Of a DNA stretch of 64,000 nucleotides, positions 45,974 to 55,635 are shown in pieces. The DNA is from a virus: IMG/VR virus record IMGVR_UViG_3300001199_000004. One strand, written 5' to 3'. Within the stretch, counting starts at the first letter, position 1. Every line of letters begins with the position of its first letter. Below the pieces are notes generated by a model, which saw only the letters and a program-made list of their open reading frames with translations, did no database searches and was not told the origin of the DNA. The position numbers and the translations under genes are program-made.

Positions 45974-47188
45974 ATGTTGACGGGTACAAATAAGAATGGG
46001 ACTTTCGTTATCTCTAAGTCTGATAAGGCTTTAGAGGTTGATAAGCCCAAAGCAATTTGGGACAAGAACGGTTATTGGGTAACTCAAGACCCAGAATCTC
46101 AACCCATTAGAATGTTCTTTGGGCCTGCTTTTGGTTTGGGCAAGGATTATCCTGCTCCAACTTTTGAGCAAAAACAGCAAATCCTCAATGTAAATAGCCC
46201 TTTGATGGCATTTATTGGGAATGATGATGCTATCCCAAAACTGAAACGGGTTATTTTTTCAGCGTTAGAACACCCATTACACATTTGCCGAGAATTGTTT
46301 TTTGCTTTTCTTGGACCACCATCTACTGGAAAAACAACCTTAGCTGGTTTATATGCTAAATGTCTCAATCTTCCATTCGTAGAGCTTTCTCCTAAAGCTT
46401 GCCCCACTGTGCAAGATTTATTCCTGCAAATTAAGGAAAGTCTTGAATTACAAGGATTGCCATTAAAGGAAAACCCCCGTTGTTTACGACCATTTAAACC
46501 TGATTACTTCCTTCCACCTTGCATCATCTTTATTGATGAAGTACATGCATTGTCGAACACTGTAGTTCAAGGTTTATTGAAAGCAACGGAGTATAATGAC
46601 TCTACTCTCGTCACTGAGAAGGGCGTTAGAATCGACTGTAGCCGCGTTTCGTGGAATGTTGCCACAACTGATGTTGGGCAGCTTTTCGATGCGTTTCGCA
46701 ATCGTTTTATGTCCGTTGAATTGAAATATTTAACCAAAAAAGAAGTTGCCAAGGTAATTCAAAATAACAATCCTGAACTTACCGCTGCTGCTTGTGAGTT
46801 AGTATCGCATTATTGTCCTCGTATTCCTAGAACTGCTTTGGCTTTTGCCAGAGAAATGAAGCTTGAAAAGAAAATGAATCCTGAGAAACCTTGGGAAGAA
46901 GTAGCTAAAATTATTGCCAAAGGCAACAATATTGATGAATTTGGAATGCATAACAAATATGTTCAAATTCTTAAAATATTGGCTGGTGGTTCTGTTAGTG
47001 GCAAACGATTGGCAGATAAAATTGGCGTTAAACTTGAAGAGTTGGAAAGTATTTGGGTTCCATTCCTTCAAATTGAGAGTGAGGATTTTCCTTCTCTCAT
47101 TACAACCACTAGCAAAGGGTATGGCTTGACTGCTGCTGGCGTAAAGGAATTGGCTAAAAGAGGAATTGTGGTGAAAAATGACGAATAA
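45974..47188 (+). CDS. ruvB: RuvB-like Holliday-junction branch-migration AAA+ ATPase
   Basis: GPPSTGKTTLA, IFIDEVH, ATTDVGQL...RNRF, PRTA, and a C-terminal winged-helix pattern (IDEFGM...PFL...T.KG). Confidence 0.8.
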   Translation: MLTGTNKNGTFVISKSDKALEVDKPKAIWDKNGYWVTQDPESQPIRMFFGPAFGLGKDYPAPTFEQKQQILNVNSPLMAFIGNDDAIPKLKRVIFSALEHPLHICRELFFAFLGPPSTGKTTLAGLYAKCLNLPFVELSPKACPTVQDLFLQIKESLELQGLPLKENPRCLRPFKPDYFLPPCIIFIDEVHALSNTVVQGLLKATEYNDSTLVTEKGVRIDCSRVSWNVATTDVGQLFDAFRNRFMSVELKYLTKKEVAKVIQNNNPELTAAACELVSHYCPRIPRTALAFAREMKLEKKMNPEKPWEEVAKIIAKGNNIDEFGMHNKYVQILKILAGGSVSGKRLADKIGVKLEELESIWVPFLQIESEDFPSLITTTSKGYGLTAAGVKELAKRGIVVKNDE

Positions 47189-47948
47189 ACATTTGCTTGA
47201 ACACTATTTTCGAGAAAACATTGAAACAACTACAAGTTATGAGTCTCAAATTTTTGAGACATTAGTTTATTTAACCATAACGACTTATGTTGAAACAATC
47301 AGTTACGAAATTGAAACGGGCCTCAAAAAAAGTCTATCAACTAAAAACAAAACAACCAAAACCAATCAATGTATTTTCTTGAGTTATTTTAATGAACAAA
47401 AGAAAATACATGGCAACAGTCCAATCTGGGTTCGGGACATTCCAAGAGATAAAATCGCACATGGATTGAGCGAAGCTTTTGTTGAATTTTATAAGACTGG
47501 AAAATATTATTTATGCGATTATAAAGATCGAGAAAATAAAACACCACTTATTGATTTGCTCAAGGCTGGTAAATTTGATTTAATTGGAAGAGATAATACT
47601 GGAAACAATGGAACCATTATTGGAAGTGATGGCAAACCAATGCGTCACAACCTATATTTTGATTATATTAGTGCTAGTTTATTTTCCAAAAAATATTGGA
47701 TCAGAAAATTGTTGGAACATTTAAAGTCCCATCCTGATGTTGTAGACGCTGCAATTGAAGAAGTCCCGTCTTATAATGCTTATGATGGGAGTAAAGCCAT
47801 TGTTTTTGAGTATAAAGTAAGCCCAGAACTTCACCAAAACTTTACAGATAGATTCGGATATTATAGTAGCGATTGTGAAGTGCGACAGCATGTACTGGAA
47901 TTGCTTGGAGTTGAAAAATTCAAGAAAGAGGAAGATGATGACGATTAA
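47178..47948 (+). CDS. Hypothetical protein (256 aa)
   Basis: Long ORF. Confidence 0.7.
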   Translation: MTNKHLLEHYFRENIETTTSYESQIFETLVYLTITTYVETISYEIETGLKKSLSTKNKTTKTNQCIFLSYFNEQKKIHGNSPIWVRDIPRDKIAHGLSEAFVEFYKTGKYYLCDYKDRENKTPLIDLLKAGKFDLIGRDNTGNNGTIIGSDGKPMRHNLYFDYISASLFSKKYWIRKLLEHLKSHPDVVDAAIEEVPSYNAYDGSKAIVFEYKVSPELHQNFTDRFGYYSSDCEVRQHVLELLGVEKFKKEEDDDD

Positions 47949-48297
47949 ACAAAGGGATTTTTTTCCATTTTGGCTGATTGTTTGGATGGCCATTTTGGGT
48001 ATCACTGCTATATGTGTTGTTTTGTTTGCTGCTAATCATACAAATAAACGTGTGTGGCAGGAAGAAGTTGTAAGACAAAAAGAACAAGAGGATATTTCGA
48101 CAAGACGATTTCAGGCACTAAAGGACAAAAAATACAATATTTACATTAAAGAGCAAAATGGTTACAATGGAAATGATGATTTCTTTGAAGTAAGATTGTG
48201 TTGGTGGGACAAAATTGGCGAAAAGGGAGAGTTGCTTTCTGGCCAAGATGAGCCCTTAAATAGATTTTATGAAAAGAAAAAAGTGAAAAATGATTGA
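47935..48297 (+). CDS. Hypothetical protein with N-terminal TM
   Basis: FWLIVWMAILGITAICVVLFA. Confidence 0.6.
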   Translation: MMTIKQRDFFPFWLIVWMAILGITAICVVLFAANHTNKRVWQEEVVRQKEQEDISTRRFQALKDKKYNIYIKEQNGYNGNDDFFEVRLCWWDKIGEKGELLSGQDEPLNRFYEKKKVKND

Positions 48298-48604
48298 AAC
48301 AGAAACTTATAGCATCTATCTTAGAAAAGCCAAAAAGCATTACATCGTTAATGCTTTTAATCTTTATAATAGTGACAAAAAAGGGGTCATTGTTCATAAA
48401 GAGGATGATGGTTGTTCAACTGAAATTGAATGGGATGAAATTAAAGACGAAATCAGTGGAAACATCAAGCTTTCAACTGTTGGCATGTGGTTTGAGCATT
48501 TTATCAAAAATGATCTCCATTATTGGGACCAATTAATCCAAACCAAAGATGGGGACCAACGCCAAAAGTGGAGCGAAGAAGAAATAAGGAATTTGTATGA
48601 GTAA
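48290..48604 (+). CDS. Hypothetical protein (104 aa)
   Basis: Collinear overlapping ORF. Confidence 0.6.
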   Translation: MIETETYSIYLRKAKKHYIVNAFNLYNSDKKGVIVHKEDDGCSTEIEWDEIKDEISGNIKLSTVGMWFEHFIKNDLHYWDQLIQTKDGDQRQKWSEEEIRNLYE

Positions 48605-49220
48605 AGCTGCTAGAAATTCTGATGGTGAACCATATCTTTGTCAAAAGGAATGGCCCGAAGATTGTTTTGTTCAATGTGGCGGGGACGGCATGGTATTTGT
48701 TGAAAAAACCATGGAAAAAGCATTTCAAGATCCAGTTGATTTTTTAACAAATCCACCTAAACATTACCGAACAGCATTTTTTGAAGCTTTTCCTAGAAGT
48801 CCTGATACATTCCTCCGTGGTGAAGGTAAATCATTAGAAGAAGCCGAAGAAAAATGTCATCAATGGTGGCAAAAAATCCTTGCCTGTCCTAAACACGAAT
48901 ATGAGCATCATGGTGTTGATGGTCATGGTAAGTGTAAACATTGCCATTTATTCCAAAGCGACGTTCTAGAGCCAATTGCCAAATGTAAGGTATGTGGCAA
49001 GAAAAGATATGGTGAATTAAATTCTGACATCTACTGTAAGGAGCATTATGCCGAAACGGATTATGGTGCCTTGCAACAACAATGGCTGGATTTAATGGAC
49101 AAAAGAAACAAAAATTATGAAAACATAAAAATTCGTGAAGAAACCAGTGCGGCACTAAAAATCATTGAAGAAGAAATGAAAATCGTTGGAGCAAAATACG
49201 ATAAATCGTATATTTTTTAA
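48597..49220 (+). CDS. Cys/His-rich hypothetical protein
   Basis: FFEAFP...FLRGEG; CKHC, CKVC. Confidence 0.7.
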   Translation: MSKAARNSDGEPYLCQKEWPEDCFVQCGGDGMVFVEKTMEKAFQDPVDFLTNPPKHYRTAFFEAFPRSPDTFLRGEGKSLEEAEEKCHQWWQKILACPKHEYEHHGVDGHGKCKHCHLFQSDVLEPIAKCKVCGKKRYGELNSDIYCKEHYAETDYGALQQQWLDLMDKRNKNYENIKIREETSAALKIIEEEMKIVGAKYDKSYIF

Positions 49221-49448
49221 TGGCAAAGAAAAAAGGTAAAAGATGGGTAATCTTGGCGAGTAGTCGTTGCCCTGCCACAAACAAATTAATTCATCACCAT
49301 TCTTTGCATATGACGCAAGAAGAAGCTAATGCTCAAGTAGAACAAATTAAATCTGAATTTACTTTGGTTTATTGTGATATTATTTTAGCCACAGAAGCTC
49401 CTTTCTTGAAAGATGCCAAGAAAAAACGAGTGATTTTGTGGAAAAACA

Positions 49449-49967
49449 ATGAAAAAGAATAAGATCCCATTGCGTTCTATTGATGATCGTTGGGAAACCG
49501 ACGAGTATATTTTAATTCAATTTGATGAAAATGGAAAAATTGCCGAACAGGAAATAACCATTTGGGATAGCGACAGAAAGGTTAACTTCAAGGCATTAGT
49601 CCTTAATAAAGATGCTTTTGATATTCCTCAACTGCTAATTGATTATGTTTGTAATGGCAAAGTAAAGATAAATAGAGGCGGAGCTTGGCAAACTTGGGTT
49701 TATTTTGAAAACAATATTGTTCATCGTACTGATGGGCCTGCCCTGATTTCAAGAACTAAGGATGGTAAGTATCAATCATGGTTCAAACATGGTCTTTATC
49801 ATAGAGAAGATGGGCCTGCCAGAACAACACCTTCAGTAAACATGTGGTATATTGATGGTGCAATACAAAAAACTGAATGTACTTTAAAAAACTTACCAGA
49901 AGAACTAATGAAGGATTCATCTCCAAAAAACATAGATCCAGAAACAGGATTGAAATATGACATTTGA
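49449..49967 (+). CDS. RSID-tag family protein 26 (outlier; two HRxDGPA repeats)
   Basis: LRSIDDRWETDE; VHRTDGPA; YHREDGPA. Confidence 0.8.
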   Translation: MKKNKIPLRSIDDRWETDEYILIQFDENGKIAEQEITIWDSDRKVNFKALVLNKDAFDIPQLLIDYVCNGKVKINRGGAWQTWVYFENNIVHRTDGPALISRTKDGKYQSWFKHGLYHREDGPARTTPSVNMWYIDGAIQKTECTLKNLPEELMKDSSPKNIDPETGLKYDI

Positions 49968-50310
49968 ACTAATTTTAATCTTCTTTTTTCATTGGATTGG
50001 CGACTTCGTTTTACAAACAAAATATATTACTGAAAACAAAAACAGTAGTTATCTTGCTTTGTTTTTCCATGTTGGCATTTATATGACCACCATGAGCTTG
50101 CCATTATTGATTTTATCTCCTTTTGTTCATGAACACTACTATATTGCCTGGATTATCCTAAATGCTGGATTTCATTTTGCTACTGACTTAATTGTTAGTA
50201 GAATGTGTATTAAGTACGAAGGCAATCCAAAAGCTATCTTCAATGCAATTGGATTTGAGCAATTCATTCATATGGGTTTTTTGGTTGTAACAACCGCATG
50301 GTTCATTTAA
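49957..50310 (+). CDS. DUF3307-family membrane protein
   Basis: HWIGDFVLQT...HVGIY...HFATD...IGFEQFIH. Confidence 0.8.
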   Translation: MTFELILIFFFHWIGDFVLQTKYITENKNSSYLALFFHVGIYMTTMSLPLLILSPFVHEHYYIAWIILNAGFHFATDLIVSRMCIKYEGNPKAIFNAIGFEQFIHMGFLVVTTAWFI

Positions 50311-50350
50311 TGAACATAAGTCCACCAAAAGAACCTACTCATTGGTACTA

Positions 50351-51991
50351 ATGAACGTTAATGTATATGTTGGTGTTTGCGAGACTTGTCAAGCTAAAGT
50401 CGAGCCTTATGAAGGTTCTAGACGAGTTGTCGGCAACGATTGGAAGATCTTTTGTGCCAATTGCAAGCCTTTTGAAAAGCCTGTTAGAAAACTTTCTTTA
50501 GATGGCCATGTAATCGTTCCATATGAGCCTAATAGCCTCAATCTAATTAGGGCTATGCCTGGGGCTGAATGGTTTCCCAAACACAATGGCGGGCCTTATT
50601 GGAAGGTTAGCTTAGATTCTACAGATAGACTTAGAGTCTTAGAGATTGCCGACATTCTCAAATTGGAAGTAGACCCAGTTTTAAGAGAAGGATTTGACAC
50701 CAATCATTTGGTTGAAGAAGCCAAAAAGAATGCATTATTGACCTTTCAATTAGATGGAGTTAATTGGCTTAGCCGTAGAGTTAAAGGTATTTTAGCCGAT
50801 GATATGGGCTTGGGCAAAACTATCCAAACCATTTTCTCTTTAGATGATAATGCTAAAGTTTTAGTGGTTTGTCCCGCTGTTGTGAAATATCAATGGCAAC
50901 AAGAAATATTCAAATGGCGTCCTGAATTCTACACTCATGTTGTAGATAAAAAGAAAGAATTTAGATTGCCTATTGAGTCAGAAATTGTCATTGTTAGCTA
51001 TGATTCTTTGCCAGATGAAGAAGCCCTAAAAAAAGCCACTTTCAATGAAATTCATTTAGTTATAGATGAATTGCACAATGTTAAAAACATTGCAACTAAA
51101 AGACATAAAAAAGTAAAAGCTATTTCAAAAACAGCTTCCAAGGTTTGGGGTTTAACAGGCTCTTTTCCATATGATAAATCTCCAGCGGATTTATATGGTA
51201 TGTTAGGAGCCATGAATATGGCTTATGATACTTTTGGCAACTGGGACCGATTTGTTAAGTTGTTTAATGGAAGAAAAAATGAATGGGGAGCATGGTGCTG
51301 GGGACAACCAGAACCTATTGTTGGGGAAATTCTCAAGAAATTCATGTTCCGTCGTATGAAAATTGATGTTTTGCCTGATTTGCCACAGGCAACATATACT
51401 GATTTATATGTTCCTTACGGTAAAACTGAATTAGCCGATTTAGATATATTTTGGGAAAAACACGGTTCAATAATCCAAAAAGGGGTTTTGCCTAGATTTA
51501 CGGAATTTTCAAAAATCCGTGAAAAATTGGCCAGAAGTAGAATTCCTATCATGCTGCAATTCATGGAAGAGTGTGAAATGCAGAATGTCCCTTTGGTTGT
51601 TTTTTCAGCCCATTTAGCCCCTTTGACGGCTATTTATACTAGACCTGGATGGGAGATTTTGGATGGTAGTGTGCCGCCTGCTAAAAGACATGAGGTTGTG
51701 GAACAATTTCAGGCTGGAAAATTGAAAGGATTGGGGGTATCATTAATGTCATGCGGCAGTGGCATTAATCTATCCTATGCTTGGAAGGCTTTATTTGTTG
51801 ACCAAGATTGGAGTCCTGCAAAGAATGAACAGGCTGTAGATAGAGTGATTAGAATTGGACAAAAAAGTAATGCTGTTGACATAGTTCGATTTAGAGGCAA
51901 TCATATTCTGGATGATCATCTCAACAATATTTTATTGAAAAAGGTTTATTCTAGAAATAGTGCGTTAAAAAGTAGAAATGTTTCAAATTGA
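50351..51991 (+). CDS. SNF2-family (HARP/SMARCAL1-like) helicase/ATPase
   Basis: ILADDMGLGKT, VVCPA, IDELH, LTGS, GINL, QAVDRVIRIGQ. Confidence 0.9.
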   Translation: MNVNVYVGVCETCQAKVEPYEGSRRVVGNDWKIFCANCKPFEKPVRKLSLDGHVIVPYEPNSLNLIRAMPGAEWFPKHNGGPYWKVSLDSTDRLRVLEIADILKLEVDPVLREGFDTNHLVEEAKKNALLTFQLDGVNWLSRRVKGILADDMGLGKTIQTIFSLDDNAKVLVVCPAVVKYQWQQEIFKWRPEFYTHVVDKKKEFRLPIESEIVIVSYDSLPDEEALKKATFNEIHLVIDELHNVKNIATKRHKKVKAISKTASKVWGLTGSFPYDKSPADLYGMLGAMNMAYDTFGNWDRFVKLFNGRKNEWGAWCWGQPEPIVGEILKKFMFRRMKIDVLPDLPQATYTDLYVPYGKTELADLDIFWEKHGSIIQKGVLPRFTEFSKIREKLARSRIPIMLQFMEECEMQNVPLVVFSAHLAPLTAIYTRPGWEILDGSVPPAKRHEVVEQFQAGKLKGLGVSLMSCGSGINLSYAWKALFVDQDWSPAKNEQAVDRVIRIGQKSNAVDIVRFRGNHILDDHLNNILLKKVYSRNSALKSRNVSN

Positions 51992-52140
51992 ATATAAAAC
52001 TTACATTGATAATAAATGGGTGCCAATAAGTAAAATGGACTTACCTTTGGGAAAAGTTCTTGATCTTATTGAAAAAACAACCATAAAACACAATGCAAAA
52101 ATGGGTTTGATTGGCGAATATCGAGTTACAAGGATAAAAA

Positions 52141-52578
52141 ATGAAGACAGTGTTGAGAGAGAAACTGGTTCAAGCGATGCGTGATAAAGACAATGCAAAA
52201 AAAGATATTTTGCGATTGGCTTTAGGTCAAATTGAATCTACAGAATCTAAATTGCCAATGAATTCCAATGCTGATAAGCTATTGGCAAATTCCATTTCTG
52301 TAATCAAAAAGATTGTCAATGAAAATTCAGAGACAATTGGACTGCAACAAAATGAAGAAATCAAAAAGAAACTAATGTGGGAAAATGAGTATTTAACGCA
52401 ATTTTTGCCTGTAACTATGGAAAAATCTGCTGTTGAATCTTTATTGCAACCGTTGGCTGCAGAATTAAAGACCATGAAAGAGGGTCAAGCAATGGGCTTG
52501 GCCATGAAGACTCTCAAGCCTCATGGTGCCTTGGATTCCGCTGTTGTTAAACAAGTATTGGATGAAATTAGAGCATAA
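52141..52578 (+). CDS. GatB/YqeY-domain protein
   Basis: AMRDKD...LR...E...L...LP...GQAMGLAMK. Confidence 0.75.
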   Translation: MKTVLREKLVQAMRDKDNAKKDILRLALGQIESTESKLPMNSNADKLLANSISVIKKIVNENSETIGLQQNEEIKKKLMWENEYLTQFLPVTMEKSAVESLLQPLAAELKTMKEGQAMGLAMKTLKPHGALDSAVVKQVLDEIRA

Positions 52579-53183
52579 TGGGAAAAACAGAAACCGTACG
52601 CAAAATCACTGATTACAAGTGGCTTAATTTATTTGAGGCTACTTATTCGCATGGAGACAATAAAAAGGGAACTTGGATGTTTGCTTCTAGAAAAACAACC
52701 CCCACCCCTGGAACAGTTTCAGGCGATGCGGTAGTCATCATTCCTATTGTGGAGACAGATTCTGGCGTTAAATTGGGTATTGTAAAAGAATACCGTTATC
52801 CGCTAGGTTGTTATGAATGGGGTTTTCCTGCAGGGCTAAATGAAGATAAAGAACACCCCGAATTAACGGCAACTAGAGAATTACATGAAGAAATGGGTTT
52901 AGAAATAGAAGACATTCTATATGTAACTAACCCTGGCCCATCTTCGGCTGGATTGTCGGATGAAGCTGTTAATTTAGTTTTCTTGAAGGCCAAGGGCGTC
53001 ATTAGTTCTTCCAATCTTCAAGATTGCGAAGATATTCAGGCTTTTTTATATTCTCCACAACAAATCAAGGCATTGTTAAAAGATAAAGAAATTGCTATTA
53101 GTGCCAAGGCAATTCCTATATTTTTGATGTTTGTGGCATTAGAAGACAGATTATATGATTTTTTCAAAACGTTCAATGATTAA
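52578..53183 (+). CDS. Nudix hydrolase (ADP-ribose pyrophosphatase-like)
   Basis: EYRYP...FPAG-x5-E-x7-RELHEEMG Nudix box; SSAGLSDE. Confidence 0.88.
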   Translation: MGKTETVRKITDYKWLNLFEATYSHGDNKKGTWMFASRKTTPTPGTVSGDAVVIIPIVETDSGVKLGIVKEYRYPLGCYEWGFPAGLNEDKEHPELTATRELHEEMGLEIEDILYVTNPGPSSAGLSDEAVNLVFLKAKGVISSSNLQDCEDIQAFLYSPQQIKALLKDKEIAISAKAIPIFLMFVALEDRLYDFFKTFND

Positions 53184-53495
53184 ATGGTTTCACCCGTTAA
53201 TCGGAATAGATCTTAACCAACCACTTAATTATACAAAATCAATTGGCAGACAATGGTTATTCAAAGAAGATGATCTAATCTATTATTTTGAATGGACTGT
53301 AGTAAAATCCAAAAGTGGTCATTGCACTGGTCAAAATCATGGCTATTTTGGAACGGTTCATGCTTTTCAAGCAAAATTATTTTTGGATTATGAAGAAGAT
53401 GAAATTGAAATCACAGAACAAACCTATTTATGTACTGGTTTAGAGCAAAATGAATATATTATGAAAAAAGATGATTCAAGAGGAATTGTGGGAGC

Positions 53496-53666
53496 ATGAA
53501 AAAAGATAAAATTACTCACGAAGAAGAATACGTAGCCTTCCTTAAGAAGAGACTGGATTCCGACAACTTCAAAGGAAACGTATCTCCAGAAGAATTTCAA
53601 AAAACCAAAGAGAAATACGACAAAGCTAAATTCAAATTGAAAATGCTTAAAGAAAGCAGAAAATAA
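53496..53666 (+). CDS. Small basic protein (56 aa, MKKDKITHEE...), not in the ORF track
   Basis: Translated by hand; ATGA overlap. Confidence 0.55.
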   Translation: MKKDKITHEEEYVAFLKKRLDSDNFKGNVSPEEFQKTKEKYDKAKFKLKMLKESRK

Positions 53667-53667
53667 C

Positions 53668-53683
53668 CATTTGATTGTACCTT
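53668..53683 (+). promoter_or_regulatory. Repeated motif (last copy in the window)
   Basis: CATTTGATTGTACCTT-AAATGGT-G. Confidence 0.75.
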
Positions 53684-53705
53684 AAATGGTGTTGGCCGAA
53701 TCTGG

Positions 53706-53733
53706 TTGACAAACCAAAAAGTTGCAGTAGAAT
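53706..53733 (+). promoter_or_regulatory. Host sigma70-type promoter
   Basis: TTGACA-16 nt-TAGAAT. Confidence 0.65.
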
Positions 53734-53815
53734 GGTAGTGTGAAGCAAACCCAGGCCGTTTTATCAACGTGTGTTGATAGGCAACAGTTTGCGTGAAACT
53801 AGGGAGTTTAGAGAA

Positions 53816-54691
53816 ATGTCTGATTTATTGTCCAAGGTTGCAAAGAGTGGTAAGAAGGCTGAACCCAAGAATGCAAAGCCTGACCGTCAAGAGCTTAAAC
53901 TGAATGATCCTTACATTCAGGAAGTTTTCAAGCGTTGGGTTGAAGCTAGCAATGTTTTCACGCTTGTAGAATCTCGCAAAGATAATATGGCTCAAGAAGT
54001 GAGCGATTATTGCGTAGGTTCCATCGCCGATTGGATGCTCAAAAATAAGAGTTTTCCAGGCAATCCTAAGCTCGAAATGAAGACTGAGAAGAATGAGCCT
54101 GATATCAGTGCCATTTTTCAAATGCAAGACCGCTACACCATTAAGAAGGGTGAAGGCGAAACCACCCCAGAAATGATTGTAAGCTCTTTGGTCGATATGG
54201 GACTTCCTGTAGAGTCTGCTGAACGAATTGTTAACAATGAGCTTACTTTTACATCGGTCACTGGTGCCCGTCCTTTGAACGAATTGCTTGAAGGGCACTT
54301 TGAAGATCGTAAGTTTGTAGAAGCTACGGAACTTGAGAAAATTGCTGGCGAAAAGATTGCCAAGTTTTTGCTCTGTGAAGCAATTACTAACGAAATTAAG
54401 CCACTTACGGATGAAGAACGAGAAGTTACCATTCGCACAACTAGTAAAATTATTGTGAAGAAGGGTTTCCTTGAACGAGTCCCCACGTATGCAAATACGG
54501 TTGATGAAATTAAGGCTATCTTTAAGGTAATTACTCCAATTTCCTTCCCAAGCCACCCCAAGTTTGGAATCAGCGATACGCCGCCTGTTCGCTCTGCTCG
54601 GCTGGTTCGTTCGGCTGCTGATATCCTTGGCGTTGAAGTGCAAGAAACTGGCAACAATGCCTTCGTGGTCAATCCTAATCAAGCTGCGTAA
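53816..54691 (+). CDS. Hypothetical protein (~291 aa), probably highly expressed
   Basis: GGGAG SD; two promoters upstream and its own terminator. Confidence 0.8.
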   Translation: MSDLLSKVAKSGKKAEPKNAKPDRQELKLNDPYIQEVFKRWVEASNVFTLVESRKDNMAQEVSDYCVGSIADWMLKNKSFPGNPKLEMKTEKNEPDISAIFQMQDRYTIKKGEGETTPEMIVSSLVDMGLPVESAERIVNNELTFTSVTGARPLNELLEGHFEDRKFVEATELEKIAGEKIAKFLLCEAITNEIKPLTDEEREVTIRTTSKIIVKKGFLERVPTYANTVDEIKAIFKVITPISFPSHPKFGISDTPPVRSARLVRSAADILGVEVQETGNNAFVVNPNQAA

Positions 54692-54709
54692 GCAAAATTG
54701 AATTTGTAT

Positions 54710-54757
54710 AAGGCCAGTAGTTGTGGTATAATAACCATGCTACTGGCCTTTTTGTTT
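54710..54757 (+). terminator. Intrinsic terminator
   Basis: AAGGCCAGTAG...CTACTGGCCTT followed by TTTGTTT. Confidence 0.8.
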
Positions 54758-54766
54758 AACCTATAT

Positions 54767-55039
54767 ATGAAAGCAACCATGAAAACAAAAGAAAAGAAAA
54801 ATGTGGAAGAGGTCAAGGAAGTCGATATGAGTCCTGCTGCGGGCGATGCACTTTTAGCTGCTATTGGTAAACCAAGCAATTTCTATAAGATGATTTCCAA
54901 GCATGTATTTGCTGATAATTACCGTGTGAATATTTGGTGTGAAGTAAAGAAAAACGAATTTGACTCCAAAGAATTATCAAAAAGCTACTTTATCACCTTT
55001 GTTGACGGTAAGATTACTAAGTCTATCCCTGCAATCTAA
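54767..55039 (+). CDS. Hypothetical protein (start revised)
   Basis: ORF after the terminator; DNYRVNIW...SYFI. Confidence 0.65.
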   Translation: MKATMKTKEKKNVEEVKEVDMSPAAGDALLAAIGKPSNFYKMISKHVFADNYRVNIWCEVKKNEFDSKELSKSYFITFVDGKITKSIPAI

Positions 55040-55632
55040 TGCCATTCCATCAGGGTTTTCATTTCGATAAAGCGGAATTATCCTGCCTTTCTGGTAAGGA
55101 TACGAAAACTTTGTTCTTAACTGAAACCTCGCTACAGACCAATCAAGCTGTAAATGGGGATAATCTAGCCAAATTCGACAAATATGGAATGCAATCTCAT
55201 GGGTGTTTTGGCATTGAGTTTTGGGTTAGGTCCGAATCCGTCATCAGAAACACTACTGCCGTTTTAAGGGTCAGAGACGATGGTAAAAGTTCTGTATTTA
55301 ACATCTTGATAACGGAGAAAATGACAGAAGAATACACTACCACGGAACGAAAAACAAAACTATATTATTGGCAATATTTGGTTGTTGGTGTGCCTGTTTG
55401 TGATGATTTGAACCTATATCCAACTGAACTTTTAAGGTTAAAAAACGTGAAACTATTCATTGCTAAGAGTTTTCGTAGATATTGTTGTTCGTATATTATG
55501 ACATATGCAAGCACAAGCGAAGAAGCTAGACAAATCATTGATGATAAATTAAGGGCCAGAAACCAGTTTGAGGGGAATTCCTATCTGTTAGAAGAAATCA
55601 TTTGTGAAAAGAAAGCAGTTGTTTTGGAGTAA
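55039..55632 (+). CDS. Hypothetical protein (197 aa)
   Basis: TAATG coupling. Confidence 0.65.
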   Translation: MPFHQGFHFDKAELSCLSGKDTKTLFLTETSLQTNQAVNGDNLAKFDKYGMQSHGCFGIEFWVRSESVIRNTTAVLRVRDDGKSSVFNILITEKMTEEYTTTERKTKLYYWQYLVVGVPVCDDLNLYPTELLRLKNVKLFIAKSFRRYCCSYIMTYASTSEEARQIIDDKLRARNQFEGNSYLLEEIICEKKAVVLE

Positions 55633-55635
55633 ATC

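Noticed and set aside
40-53683. Repeated 16-bp motif as a CRISPR array
   Set aside because: Copies are separated by whole genes (0.1-13 kb) rather than uniform spacers, orientation follows transcription, and no cas genes are visible
40-53683. Repeated motif as an integron attC-like cassette site
   Set aside because: No attC-type long inverted repeat or GTTRRRY core and no recognisable integrase in the window; the fixed 7-nt distance to ATG or SD leaders fits a promoter better (disfavoured, not fully excluded)
53825-54682. 285-aa and 179-aa antisense ORFs
   Set aside because: Shadows of a plus-strand gene that has its own promoters, SD and terminator
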